Made by a program: the position numbers and the translations under genes
Shown here: piece after piece, positions 22,960 to 36,347 of the stretch
Position numbering within the stretch: position 1 is the stretch's first letter
How the letters are laid out: each line of letters starts with the position of its first letter
The notes under the pieces: model-generated
What the model was told of the DNA's origin: nothing
The model's database searches: none
What the model saw: the letters and a program-made list of their open reading frames with translations, nothing else
Source: Nemertoderma westbladi
Taxonomy: Eukaryota; Animalia; Xenacoelomorpha
Reading direction: 5' to 3'
Length of the DNA stretch: 50,444 bases
Assembly: GCA_032718475.1 (NCBI GenBank)
Contig: JAUCBJ010000436.1
Span: 1-50,444 of the forward strand

Positions 22960-25075
22960 CATCGTTATTGTCGCACGTTTAATCGCGTTTGATAAATGTC
23001 CAGGTGTCTGGCCAATAGGAATTAGCGAGATCCTACGACGGGTGTATGGGAAGGTGATGGTCCACTGTATCTCGTCAGATTTAGAGGCAGTTTGTGGGAC
23101 GACACAGCTTTGTGCTGGATAGAAGGCGGGGATAGAACATGCGATACATGCCCTCAATGATGCGTTTGCGAGCGACGAGTGTGAGGCAGTCCTCCAGATA
23201 GGTGCGAATAATGCGTTTAATTCGCTAAACCATGCCACAACAGTCCACAACATCTGCTACATCTGTCCGTCGTTACACACCATGGTGACCAACTGTTATT
23301 CCAAGCCAACAAAGTTATTTATTGATGGAGAGTTTTTGCTTTCTGAGGAAGGATCCACCCAGGGTGACCCGGACCCCATCGCAATGCAGATGTATGCAGT
23401 TGGGATGCTTCTACTGGTTGGCGAGGTGGATGATGTATCAGACGTGCTGCAAAAGTGGTATGCGGATGATGGGAGGAGTGCAGGTACGCTGATGGAGCTG
23501 CAGAAGATGTGGGAGGTGGTCGTGTCTCGTGGCCCATTGTATGGGTACTACCCCACTAAGTGTCACCTACTTGTTATACCAGGGTTGCTGGATGAGGCGC
23601 GGCATTTATTCCTGAGGACTGTTTTACATTTAGTACTCAGGGAAACAAACTCCTTGGCGGTATCATCGGAAATGAGAAATAAAAGTCGAGGAGTTTATTC
23701 AGCAAATGCAGCGCCTCGAGGAGATCGCTCGTACCGATCCACACTGTGCCTATGCCGGTCTCGCATTCGGACTCGCTGGCTGGTGGCAGTAGGTAGCAAG
23801 AGTTGTACCTGGGGTGACGGACCATTTCAGACTACTCGAAGTTTTAGTTTGCCACTTTCTCGCAAGTTTATTGGAATGTACTTCCTTGAATGATGTAGAC
23901 CGCGAACTGATATCGCTCCCAGTCTGGTTTGGAGGCCTAGGTATACTGCTGCCCGTCGACTTAGAACTGCAGCATAGAAACTCAAGATAAGTCTGTGAGC
24001 CATTCAACTCCAGCAGCAACATGCCAGTGGTGCATGAGGCACAGTTAGTTGTCACCAACCGTATAAAGTCCCGGTTGCTCGTGGCAGCATATGCAAAGGT
24101 TGAGGAAACCCGCGCCAAACTAAATCCGCAACATCACCAGCTAAATGAGTTAGTAGTGGAGAAGGGGGCGTCGACGTGGTTAAACTCGCGTCCAATTACC
24201 CTCCATCGTAGCCATCTTACCAAGGAGGAATTTCGAGATGCTGTCTGCCTGCATTATGGTTGGCAACCCTGGTCTACCCCGGCCTGTTGTGCCTGTGGGA
24301 TACAATTTTCTGTGAACCATACATATCCTGTCGTGTCCTAAAGGTGGATTTCCATCAATCCGACATACGAGATCTGGGATTTCATAGCCGATACGCTGAC
24401 CGAAGTTGCCAACAATGTTGCAGTGGAACCGCATTTGCAGGCAATATCCGGGGAAATTTTCAACCACTGATCAACATCCACCGACCAACAGGTGCATCTG
24501 GATGTCTCTGTTTCTGGTTTCTAGGGTAACCAGTTCCAGAAAACGTTCATAGACGTGTCTATATTTAATCCTCTCGTGGAAACCAATGCCGCTGTCACTG
24601 GAGGGTGCTCACTCTTTCCACGAGCAACGGAAACATAACAGGTACGAGGAACGAGTGAGGGAGGTTGAACTCGCCAACTTTACCCCATTGATATTCTTGG
24701 TTTGTCGTCGACTACCAAACAGTTTTTTAAACACCTGAGTTTAAAGCTGTCCAAGAAACGCGACGTCCGCTACGCTGAGTGCTGCAACTGGGTTCGACGT
24801 CAGGTGCGCTTTGCATTACAGCGGGCGAGCCTGATGTGTCTCCGGGGTTCATGCTCCGCCCGTAACCACCCCATCCACCAGGTCACTGACACGTCGATCA
24901 TCCTGTCTAACATAGACTCAGGGGGTAGGCTATGAGACTGTAGGGGTAGGCCTAAGGGTTTATAATTATTTACTTTGAATTTGAATTTCCCACTCTTGAT
25001 TTTACTGTTTTTATTGTATGTACTGTATGATACATTTTTATATATTAAAAGTGTTTGGAAGACGGGAAAAAAAAA
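22960..25075 (+). mobile_element. Decayed, 5'-truncated CRE-like non-LTR retrotransposon (RT plus restriction-like endonuclease)
   Basis: RLIAFDKCPGVWPIGISEILRR, QLCAG, EGSTQGDP, WYADDG, KGASTWL, EFRDAVCLHYG, CACG, VEPHLQ and FALQRASLMCLRGS. Many stops and frameshifts. A-run near 25067. Confidence 0.85.
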
Positions 25076-25451
25076 CCCATAAAACTATAAATAAATATGT
25101 GAGATATTGAAAGATATTGTTTATATGGCAGATGCACCAAATTGTGTATTAAATTTAGAAATGCAATGGGGTAAATATTACAAATATTTGTTTATTTATT
25201 TTATTATATTATATTTGGGTATATAACTGGTATAACCTATGGATGATTTTGTATGTGGTTAGTTAATACGGCGTAGTCTCCACTGTGGGAGCCGCCCATG
25301 GGTGCCTTGGCAATCTGTAGATAGAATTTTTTGTCAAATTGGAAGTAGTTATGGTACAGTAAAAAGCAGAGTATGAGGCATAGTTGGTGGGGTGTTGATA
25401 TGGATCGGTAAGGTAGTGATGGGTCCTCTGTGTTTTGCAGTGATTTACAGT

Positions 25452-25770
25452 TTTATGGTGCTATTTTGTATAATTATTAAATTTTTCCGCAATAATTAAT
25501 TCATACTAATTCATACCCCCGGAAGTTCCTACCAGATACCCCAAACCAATTTGGTGCATCTGCCATATACGCAGTACATACTTTAATTATCTCACAAAAT
25601 CATTTGCGGTGCTATTTTTATTATTTAATGAAATTTTGCTGCAATAATTAATTCATACCCCCGGAAGTACCTACCAGAGACCCCAAACCACTTTGGTTCA
25701 TCTGCTGTATATACATTTTATGGTGCTATTTTTATTTAAATTTTTGCTGCAATAATTCTTCATACCTAAC
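25452..25770 (+). repeat. Imperfect tandem duplication (about 2.5 units)
   Basis: GGTGCTATTTT...GCAATAATTAATTCATACCCCCGGAAGT.CCTACCAGA.ACCCCAAACCA is repeated. Part of it also occurs inverted at about 25122-25144. Confidence 0.7.
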
Positions 25771-26534
25771 ATTCTAAAAACATCTAACAAAGAACCCCCC
25801 CCCCCCCCCCCCCCCCACTCCACTCAAACCTGCTGAAATATTCTTACTTATTTTCTCGAGACTTAAAACCTGTCCTAAAAAAAAATACTTTCCATCAGCT
25901 ATGCCCATTCTCGGACGCCCACACAAAGCCCAAAGTTGCCATATGTATTCATAGTGTATCTATGTACCACTTAAGGGGGGGGGGGGGGGGGGGGGGGGGT
26001 ACACCATTTTGGTCCAAAACATGTCGAAATTTTGTTTATGGTCTATTGTAATGCACCATTGAATGGTGTTTCCAAATCTGAAAAGCGCTATTTAATAGCT
26101 CTTTTAGTTTTCAAGTTATGTAAATTTCTATTTACGGAATCCTATTGAAATTACTATTACTATGTATAATGAAAGGTCGATTATCTCCAAATATTTTTTT
26201 CATGAAATTGTCCACTTCAAAACCCTACTACTTCTACAATTTTTGAGTAATTAGTCTGAAACTTCCTGTGGGTGTCTAGATAGCCATCCTGCATAAAAGT
26301 ATCAGGCAACTTTTCGAATTTTTTTGTTTATAAAATTTAATACTATTTATAAAAAACCTAAAAATTTGCATAAATTTGCAGCGCCACCTAGCGGTGCAGA
26401 ATTATTTTAACAAAATTTCGCTTGATAGTTATGTTGCCCCATCTTTGATCTATCATATAAAAAAACTTTCATGTGATTAGGTTCAAAACTGTAAAAGCCT
26501 CAGGGTTTTAAGCGCAACCAGCCCTAAGTAACCC

Positions 26535-28901
26535 CATGGAATGCTTAATATAGACGGAACCACATTAGTGTTATTTGCCATTTTGCATAGAGGGGTTAAG
26601 TCAGGTACAGTGTGTTCGCTGGATTATGCCACAGTCCTCTGGAAATCCGACGACATCTGTATGCTACTTAAGATACTTTCGTATGCTGTCGTCTTGGTAA
26701 ATATTCTGGCAGTTTTGATTGTCACAAAATATGTCTGACTGTCTGTAATTATGTATTAATAATATGATCATATGATCAATTTATGATCAAATCGAAGACT
26801 TCACTCAATTTGGACGAAACTTAGTACATATACATACACTAGTGCAAAAGTTCCAGAGACAATATTTGTCTGACTGTCCGTCTGTCTGCCTGTCCGTCTG
26901 TCTGCCTGTCCGTCTTGGAAATTAAGCTATTAATAACCTACGAAAACCTCTGAAAGCTACCATGATTGCAAGGCTTTCGAGAACAATAATCATTTATAAA
27001 ACTAGTATATACCGGTATTTAACTTCTCAATTAAGTAACTAACACAACACTATAAAATATTACTATCTCAGACTCAATTATTTTTTACGTTTTAAGGATT
27101 TGAACCCGGTCACATTAGAACTTCCGATTTCAGTTCTCACAATATCATCTTTGCTTTTTTTAGTTTCAGCGCTCAAAAACAAGTTCACAATCTTTGATAT
27201 GTACTTCCAATGATGTGATTTATGTAAAGTACAATAAAAACGTGCAGTCCAGCTCATCTTTCAAAGATTCGAGGCAAAACCACTTTAGAATTTCAGCCGA
27301 ATTTCTGAGCATAGATACTGTTAGATATGGAAACACTGATGACAGAATTGCGAAGGTTTTAGCGCAAAAAGAAACTCCTCATGAGCAATACATAAACCAC
27401 CCTTGTTTATTTTTTCCATATACGACTGAGATCTTGGTAGATCTTGAGCGAGATGAAACTGTTCACATTTATCTGGAGACAAACTCTCAACAATCCAACC
27501 AGCAAGATATTCAATGACATCAAGACTCTCACTGGTAACATCCAAATCATTAAATACAAGTTCTTCTCTAAGACAGATTTCCTCCAACTGATGCAAGGCT
27601 GTCTCATATTCTGGTCTGGCGATGTAATCCGTAACATCCAATCCTTCTTTTAATAAACACTTAATTTCGTCCCCATAAATGGCAACCTGTCTGTCCATAT
27701 CCATTCCCTGTAAGAGTTTAATAGAGTCTATTTCGCCCTTTGTAAGCTTTTCAAAGAACGATATGCTCGGAATCCAAGGTAATATAGTTTTTAAAGTCGA
27801 ATAGGCAGATCGACTAGTATAGCGTAAATAAAGGCAGGCCCGGACGATGTCAGCAGGAAAAATGGGAACCTTCTTACAATACCGATACTTAACAAAGAAG
27901 TCCAGAAATTCCCTCGGTAATTCGTTTTCATCTGAAATATGAGTGAACAATGTGACTTCGTTGATCAACCGCACCAATTTAGACTTTAAATTAACTTTAC
28001 TAAACCTGGAGTTGTTACGATGTAGCCAACTGAAATTATACAGTGGAATTTCGCTTCCTTGTTTATTCACTATAAAACTATCAAGTCCAACTGAAATCGA
28101 AAAAGAGAGGAAACAAGCCGTCTCATCCAGTTCATATATATCTACAAATCCTTCCCGTCGACGAACACGAATATCTCGCCCAGCTAGTGAAGGTTCTGCA
28201 GACAAGAACCCAAAGGAATCACTAGCCCAATCCAGACTGTCCAAATCCTTAAGTTTCTTCCTCTCCGACGCTTCACATTCATCTCGGTCTGGTAGCGGCA
28301 TTTTGGCGCAGCCCCCGAATGAGTGGGAGTGGCGAGGATACTTTTGGCAAAAGCAAAAACACTTGGCACGGCAGTTGGCTTTAAACGTTTCCTTTCGCGA
28401 TCTTCGCCCCTAAAAGTTAAACCTTCCAAATAGCAGTCCGTCGTAAAATGTTTTTCGCAAACGCCAATATTGGTCAGTTTGTTTTTGTCGACATCTGCTC
28501 GACAAATCATGCGAATCCAATCATTTCGGCGCGATTCTTCCTTCGGAAATCCAAACACTGCCAGCTTTTCCGAGTTTCCTTTATAGCCACTGCTACAGTT
28601 GACAACAGCGCACGTCTTCACCATTCTCGTAATTAAACAACAAACAAGCCAATAAAGTTTTATTTTATTCATAGTTGACCTATAATCTGATAATATTTAT
28701 TAATTATAATTAATAATAATTTTTAATAAAAATAATAATAATTAATTATAGGCCTATTAATATAAAATAAAGTAAGATACAGCTACATCGGTAGGTACAA
28801 GCATTACAGCAGAAACTGACTGGTACCAGTATATCCATAACCCCTCTATGCAAACGACACAATAACAGATATGTGGTTCTGTCTTAATTTAGTATTCCAT
28901 G
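26535..28901 (-). mobile_element. P-superfamily (Galileo-like) element, internally deleted, encoding THAP
   Basis: Imperfect TIRs of about 65 bp, CATGGAATGC..TTTGCATAGAGGGGTTA / TAACCCCTCTATGCAAA..GTATTCCATG. Perfect 7-bp TSD GTAACCC at 26528-26534 and 28902-28908. Confidence 0.9.
27321..28624 (-). pseudogene. THAP-domain P-element-like transposase with a frameshift and deleted catalytic core
   Basis: MVKTCAVVNC..FGFP..W..VCEKHF..AVPSVF (C2CH THAP). Then LRYTSRSAYSTLK..IPS..YGDEI is fused almost directly to the C-terminal EYLAGWI..KGGL. Confidence 0.88.
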
Positions 28902-29589
28902 GTAACCCCATAGCCTGGAAACCAGTAGCTCCCCACCACCAGTTAACAGCCTGCCTGTCGCAGACTCATACCCCCTACAACCCTAGGTAGTTACCGTCTG
29001 CTTCAGTACTTGCATACTTCGGCAACCCCCTACCTGACCTACCTAAACGACACATCCCCCCCCCCCCTTTAGACCCACTTTAATTGTACCACCCTTACTT
29101 AAATAGACATACAGTAGGACCACATGTCACTGTGTATCCTTAAAATGATAATTTACGCGTTCTACCTAGCCAGTCATTCTGTTTTTATATAAATTGTTTT
29201 TAATGTTCATTTTATCTTATATAAATACCGCTGAGGACCCGCAACGGGCGAAATGCGCATACGGTAAATCAACTTTTTTAATTATTTATAACCATGGTTA
29301 GACCCTCAGCACCCCTACATCTCTCCGCCTGGAAACATTTTTGATAAATTTGATATTTGACATTGACACTTGTTATTTGAACCAGCCTACGACCAGTTGA
29401 GTTAGTCTGTTAAGTATAAATACCATAGATCTTGATGTCTTGTGTATGTGTATGATAAGCATATTGAATGATTACAAATATATAGACATATATTCAGACA
29501 CCTAGGCTAGGAATATATGATGGATGCCAATCAGAAAACATGAAGTAAGAGAACATGAAGTGAGAGAACATGAAGTGAGGTTACAGAGC

Positions 29590-31300
29590 CTTTTCTTCTA
29601 GGGGAAACAACTGAATTTCTTCCAGTGCGAAAACTCTGAGATACTGGTCGAGATACACTACAGTTATTATCATGCCTAATAACTAAACGACAACATAATG
29701 AACATATCTACAATGTGGCAATGGGGTTGGCAGTGGAAGTCGAAGAGATATTGCAAAATGGTGGAATTTCAACAATGGCAAAAGATTCGGTTTTTAAAAA
29801 GATCATCCGACTACATGAACGATACACCAAGGTGGCTAAGTTTAATAAACGTGAGAAAAGTAGTCAATCTGAAAAGGTTAATACATTTGCCCACAACAAC
29901 TAGATCTTTTATTTGACATCGCTTCCAAAGATGCTGAAATCATCCAGGAAAAAGAGCCAAATTGGGATACTGCAGCTGCTGAAGAATGCTGCCTTTCTCT
30001 TAGGAGAACAAACTGAGAGATGAGAATTGGTGTAGTTGATATGGTAGCTGCCACAAAGGTTGAAGTAGCAGAAGCAATGATGGCAGAAAGGCAAGCTACC
30101 ATAGAAAATAAGGTTGAGAAGCAAAACTTACGTTTAGGTATAGAACTTGCCAAGAAACAACGTTTGATTGCATATTTTGCAACAGAGACTGAAAATGAAT
30201 GTTCAAATGTGGAATATGTGCCACCATCTAGAAGAAACTGTCAAGCTATAATGTTCTAAATCATTAACAATAGCCCTGGATAGGGAAAATATATCTAGTC
30301 GAGCAGGAACAAGATTAGTGGGTACTACTTGTGATGCATTGGGTACTGAAATTGACAATTTAATATTAAGTCATTCAACAATCTTGAAACATCAGACAAT
30401 AATCCGACAAAACCAGGTAGACCAAATGAAATCAGAAGTTACAGGAGATTTGGAGAAAGGCTGCCTTCAATTATACTTTGATGGTAAGAATTTTCAAGAA
30501 GTTGATGGGTATGGTTCTGAGCCTCGTTTGGCAATTGTTGTCACTGGATCTGGGCATGTACTAACCGATTTCTTGGTGCACCAAAAATGCGCAATGAGTG
30601 TGGACCTACTATGGCCAACACAGTTAGCAACAGCACGAATGTGGTCTATCGGATTGAGTTAGAGCTGCATGTATAGACACAACTAATTCCAATACTGGTG
30701 CTTCATGTAGTAGTGTTGTGCTTTTAGAGCATATCCTTAATCGTGCACTTGTATGGTTGCCATGTCGACACCATATGTTATAAGTCATGCTCAAGAATGC
30801 TGTTCTTCAGAAGGTGAGCAAGGCAACTTCAGGTCCATATGAAACTGCCTTCACTGTCTTTATAGAGCAGGAGTTTGACAAACTCAATCTAAATGACTTC
30901 CAGTGGCCTATATTACCACTTGAATTGTCTCATCAGTATGGAAATATACTTAAAGATTTGCAGATCTTGCTACATCTTGGTGGTACTCCTCCAAATGGAA
31001 TACAGTTTAGACGCCTGGGTTCCTATAATCATATTAGGTGGATGTCCATGTCCAAGCTCAGATATTCTCATTTGGTGCTCCCAGGAATGACCTGATGCAG
31101 TACCACCCAGATTTAGCAAGATCTGCAAATCATTGATCATGCTCAATGACAGGGACCTCTGTGGAGTTAGTATTGCTGCACTCATGCACCATCAATGGTA
31201 CATATCTGGTTGCCTTGGCTCTCTTTGATAGGAAGAGCAGTGCAGCTGACAAAGAACTTCTTGCCAAGACAATTCTTAGCCAATCAAGAGAGTTATATTG
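29590..31300 (+). pseudogene. Decayed hAT-related (possibly hATm-like) transposase
   Basis: LFDIA, ALDRENISSR, LYFDGK, RLAIVVTG, DTTNSNTG, LVWLPCRHH, TSGP and HIRWM motifs across broken frames. The subfamily is uncertain. Confidence 0.65.
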
Positions 31301-31314
31301 TATCAGGGATGCCC

Positions 31315-31605
31315 GAAATCCTCTACTGTATCTGCAATGGTAGATTGAAATCGGACATGTAAGTTGTGATAATGGGCAATGTCCATGTCCAATCATGTGG
31401 TACCATTTTGACTGCATTAAGGTCAATAAGAAAGATTTGGTGAAAATGGTTGAAGGTGAAAATAGCAAGTGGTATTGTCCCTGCAGTCCAAACCCCCTCA
31501 ACTGATGAGGAATTCATTTGTAGCTGCTCTAGCTGTAGACAGAAATCTGATGATAAAATGGTGGCATGTGGTAATCCCAATTCACAGTGGAATGGTTTCA
31601 TTTTA
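31315..31605 (+). pseudogene. Decayed ING-type PHD finger(s)
   Basis: YCICNG...CDNGQCPCPIMWYHFDCI...KWYCPC, then ICSCSSCRQKSDDKMVACGNPNS, with frameshifts. Confidence 0.65.
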
Positions 31606-32149
31606 GGTGAGATAAAATTATCATTACTTTAGCATATATTTTATTTCACAGTTATTTATCATAAACTAAATCACTAACATTATTATAATATACGTATATA
31701 ATCAATATTGTGTTCTTGTTTAACTTCAACTTCAACTTTATATTTATTCGCGATCTAACTATATATAAAAGCACATACGTTCTAAATTTAAGATATAGTA
31801 ATTGTGTTATATCACAGGACGCCACCAATTCGCAAAGCGAGTAGAGCAGTGGACGCTCTTTGAAGGTGAAATTATTAAATGATATGATACGGTCACACAT
31901 ACAAGTTAAGCTGCCCCATCAGACCCACCCCAAAGACCACCCTCCTCACTACACCCTGACCCCACAAATAAAACCACCCCGGACAGCTAAACCCTGGAAC
32001 ACACAAAGATAGCTATGCACTACATCAATGAGAAAATTGGAAGTAAGACAAACAAAAGAAAAAAATTTAGGTTTAAATGTATATTGAATCAACAAAGAAA
32101 CGTATACTGTAAATACTAGCATTTAACGAGCTACTATATGGTAATATAA

Positions 32150-32730
32150 CCTTTTAAGCCGTAAAATTTATCAGATTTTCGTGAAGTTACCCTAGCCTGT
32201 TTAAGAGAGTTCAGAATTTTACCTGATCACTACGATTGATTGATCAATTCACTTAGATGGAACGATATTAAATTGGCCCCCAATTTTACAAGCTTTATTG
32301 GAAAATTGTCATTTGTTGATGAGGATTCGTTTAGTTGGTGCAAATGATACTCGTCTTCAACTGGAGAAGTTTAAATTAATGTGAATGATTTGACTGGCGA
32401 TTTTAAGCCTTTAATTAGCCTTACAGGTGATTTTATACTTGGGGGTAGTTTTGAAACCAAATCTTAGCCGATAGTCGAGAAAAAATTGTTAAAACAGTGG
32501 GCAATTTTTGAAGGGTCATCAGTAAGTATATGATTTTCATCTTCAGTAACCCGAAGGCGCTTTGGGGATTTTCGGGATTTATTTTTAGCCATTGCCGTGT
32601 TAATTACTTTCCAAGTCCATCGCATGTTGTTACTGCATGTATAAAAGGCGTATTTATAGTACGCATGTTCGGTTTCCCTTAGGTTCTTAGTCACATATGT
32701 TCTATATATTTGATAATCAACTTAATGCTG
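32150..32730 (-). pseudogene. CR1/L2-group LINE ORF2 fragment
   Basis: NMRWTWKVIN..IAHCFNNFFSTIG tether motifs, with stops. Confidence 0.7.
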
Positions 32731-32799
32731 AGGGTTTTTACTAGAAAGCTGTCTTATAAATAATTTACTATTAATATATTATATAACTATATATAATAT

Positions 32800-33818
32800 C
32801 CTAAGAGCTTATGGAATACCAGAAGTAATTGTTGCTGGCATTGGATTGTTATATTGTGACACAGAAGCGCAGGTACTCTCACCAGATGGTGAAACTGAGT
32901 TTTTCTCATCCTGGCTGGCGTACTGCAAGGTGACACATTAGCACCATTACTGTTTGTAATTGTACTGGATTACGCAATGAGGATGGCCACAAAGGGTGAA
33001 GATCTGGGATTCACACTTCAAGAACGCATTAGTAGATATCCGGGAACTACAGTCACAGACACCGACTTTGCGGATGACATCACCCTGCTTTCTAATATAC
33101 TAGCAGATGCACAGCTTCTAGTAAATAAAGTGAAGAGGGCTGCGAAGGAGGTTGGATTGCATATAAATGCTACCAAGACCAAATTAATGACTTTTAATGT
33201 TGATGGGAACTTGACAACCATTGATAATAATAAACTAAGGAAGGTTGATGACTTCCAGTACGTAGGATCATGGATAGAGAGTAGAAAAAAGGACATAGAA
33301 GTTAGGAAAGCAAAGGCTTGGGTAGCTTTATCAAAAATGGATACCATCTGGAAATCAGATCTCTCCAGGCACCTGAAGACTAAGTTGTTTCGAGCCACAG
33401 TGGAAAGTGTATTTTTATATGGGGGGTGAGACCTGGACCCTGACTAAATCACTTGAACAACGAATTGATGGTTGGTATACTACTAAGGGCAGCCCTAAAC
33501 ATCAGCTGGAGACAACGCATGACAAATGCTGAGCTTTATGGTACAATACCACCTGTATCAACCACCCTCCAAGAAGTCAGATTAAGATTCAGTGGGCACT
33601 GCTGGCGAAGTAAAGACGAGGTCATACCAGATCTACTTTTCTGGCAACCAACTCATGGAAAGCGTAGTCGTGAACGACCGGCCATAACATATATAGATCA
33701 ACTTGAAAGGGATACTGAACTTGGGAGAAACGAAATTGCGACAACTATGGAGAATCGGGAAGCCTGGAAGGATCTCATTTCCACTGTCCGAGTTCGCTCG
33801 ACCTAATAGTAGTAGTAT
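32800..33818 (+). mobile_element. 5'-truncated RTE-like LINE with (TAG)n tail
   Basis: LRAYGIP, GVLQGDTLAP, DTDFADD, FQYVGSWI, LFRATVESV and RLRFSGHCWR. Ends in TAATAGTAGTAGTA. Frameshifted. Confidence 0.9.
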
Positions 33819-35515
33819 TCTTCTGATTAGAATAATCATTAATTATTTATTTTTACTTATTTAATAAGTATAAAAATTTATATCCTTTTCCAGAAGGGTT
33901 TTACATAACTGTAGTTTGTAAGCAAAGGGGATGAAGGCAGGAAAGAAGGTATAGGGGAAATATGTGTCTAAGTTTGTAGAAAATTGATATCCCACTAGAA
34001 TTATGAATTTATTCAAGTACCTGAGTTAATTAATTTTACAGTTTAGTTTAGACAAACGAAAAATAAACAAAACCCAAAATACAAAGAAATACTTCTAGCC
34101 AAACAATTTCTAAGCCCGTCAATATTCTCAAGTATAATCCTTGAGAAGCCACCAACCAAAGGGCTGTTATTGGCTGGCCGCCATGTCTTTTAAAGCAATG
34201 ATGTTACCATAGTAAAAGCGATGGGAATGCTGATCCTCCAGACTTGACAAATGACCAGCTCTTGTTTTTATCCCTCCTTGTTAGCATTCTGGTGTTTAGA
34301 TCATTAACTGCAACGGAGTGGATTATTCGGCCCACCCAATATTACCATGTGGTTAAAATTTAAGAATATGGGCTGTTTGTGGGGAAACTGTCATACTTCT
34401 GATACAATATGAACAATTTATCAATGGTTTCTATAACGCTGAATCGAATGGGAATACTTTGAAAATAAAATTGAACTGGTTTGCAATTTTTCATGAATCA
34501 AAATTTGGTGCAGTCCGGAACCCTAATTTAATCAATTCTTTATGAAAACTACCGCACCACTACATCAACATTTGACAATCTGGCCTTTGTAAAGGTCAGA
34601 TTGTATTACTCAGATTGTAAAGGGACTCAAGTAATTGTTGCCCCCCTCTTTTCAACGTAGTATCTGAGATTGAGTAATATGGCCTAATAATATAAAAGCA
34701 TCTCATGAGTTATATAATGTAGTTCCACGCATAGATCATTATTTTACTTTTAGCTTAGATGATAATCATCCTGGTTTTGACGTTCTAAGCGTTAACAAAA
34801 TCTTACAGCAATTTGGGTTACATCAATTTGTAAATCGTTACCAACGGTACCCAAACAAAATTTAATAAAATCATGATTTAGCTTCAAGGCGGAAAATGTC
34901 CTAAACAAAAATGATAATAAACGTTTGTGGAATACACAATAATTATTCATAGCATATGGTAGTTCTAGGTTTAGGCCTACACTATAGGTTTCCTATATTG
35001 TATCTGCATAATTTGATCACAATATCATTACTAATTCAATTTAGTAAAATCGAGACCATATTGAAATCCAGGGTATCAGTATAAAAATCATTATATATAT
35101 ATACAATGCCATAACATTGCTACGATAAATAAGATCCATTCAAAGATTGACAAATAAGTTTCATGTAATTCTTTTAAATCATCTTTTTAGAATCATAAGC
35201 TAATTTCGCGGAGGAAAACGCAGAACTTTTTTTAACTTTTCTCGAGCTTAGCATATCTTCCAAGTGCCAGGTTAATTAAGTGTCGGGCAAAAGGTTAAAA
35301 AAATTTATAATTTTGTTCGTATATAAAAAAATGTATGATATTCTTATATTTATAACTTTTTGTTTCTTGAATCTGTCATGTAAAATATAAATAAAAATGT
35401 TACAAAATAATTTGAGCTCTGCAGTATTTACTCATATTAAAAAATAATATTATTTTATTGGATTTGCGATCTAATATATAGATAATTAGGAAATAGATTG
35501 GAGATATCGTTTAAC
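33819..35515 (+). repeat. About 1.6-1.7 kb diverged direct duplication, copy 1 (copy 2 at 45157-46733)
   Basis: Collinear shared blocks, for example GTAGTTTGTAAGCAAAGGGGATGAA, ACATTTGACAATCTGGCCTTTGTAAAGGTCAG and TTGGAGATATCGTTTAAC. Confidence 0.9.
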
Positions 35516-35914
35516 ATACCAAATATGTTTAACTTCAACGTATAATGGTAGACAAGTATTTACGATTACCAAGGTAATATGTAAAAGTTTAAATTATAAA
35601 GAATTTCTAAAATTTACTGCAAACGCAAGTAAGAAATAATTTAAATAAGTACAGTAGGTGGTACATTAAACCATTTTATTCTTAAATTGTTACTTTTTCC
35701 CTCGAATATACCACAAAATCGGGAGTAAAAGAAGTACCTTTATTCTCTAGGGAAAAAAGTAACCCATAGGATTGCTTTTTTCCCCAGCGAAATAAGAAAA
35801 TTTTTTTTGGTGGAATTTCTTAAATTTTATTATATATCAGATCAATGATGTACTATCTGATGAATGGCCATAGCGCTCCCTGAGAAAAGGGACCTTTTAA
35901 CTACCATCTAACTA

Positions 35915-36342
35915 CAATTTTCGATATGGGGGTTTTTCTGGTCGGTGATTTCATTGATGAGGTCAGTTTTTATACCAGACCAAATAAATGCTGTCTGTTT
36001 GGCCGTCTGTCTGTCCATCGATTTGTCTGTCAAAAATTAATGAACCACACCATCTAAATAAAATTTTCGATATGGAGTGTTTTGATATGTGGAGATATGA
36101 ATTCAGACCACCTATATACACCCTGAACCCTGACATCGGAAATGAAATCTGCGACCAGAAATATCCCTAAAGGAGAAAATTCAGTTAATTGGTCACCATT
36201 TCATATTGTTTTTGACAGAGATACAGACAAACCGACAAACAGATACAGACAGGAATGCAGACAGCCTATATTACATCAAACGTGAACACTGACATTGGAA
36301 ATGAAATCAGCGACCAGAAAAATCCCCAAAAGCGAAAATTCA
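35915..36342. repeat. Interspersed repeat with inverted modules and (GTCT/GACA) microsatellite
   Basis: TTTTCGATATGGGGGTTTTTCTGGTCGGTGATTTCAT is mirrored by ATGAAATCAGCGACCAGAAAAATCCCCAAAAGCGAAAA. A similar module occurs near 47550-47605. Confidence 0.55.
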
Positions 36343-36347
36343 GTTAA

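Noticed and set aside
25971-26527. Possible Kolobok-like element starting TTAAGGGG
   Set aside because: No convincing matching terminus or TSD was found.
27943-28413. 156-aa plus-strand ORF
   Set aside because: It is the antisense shadow of the P-like transposase.
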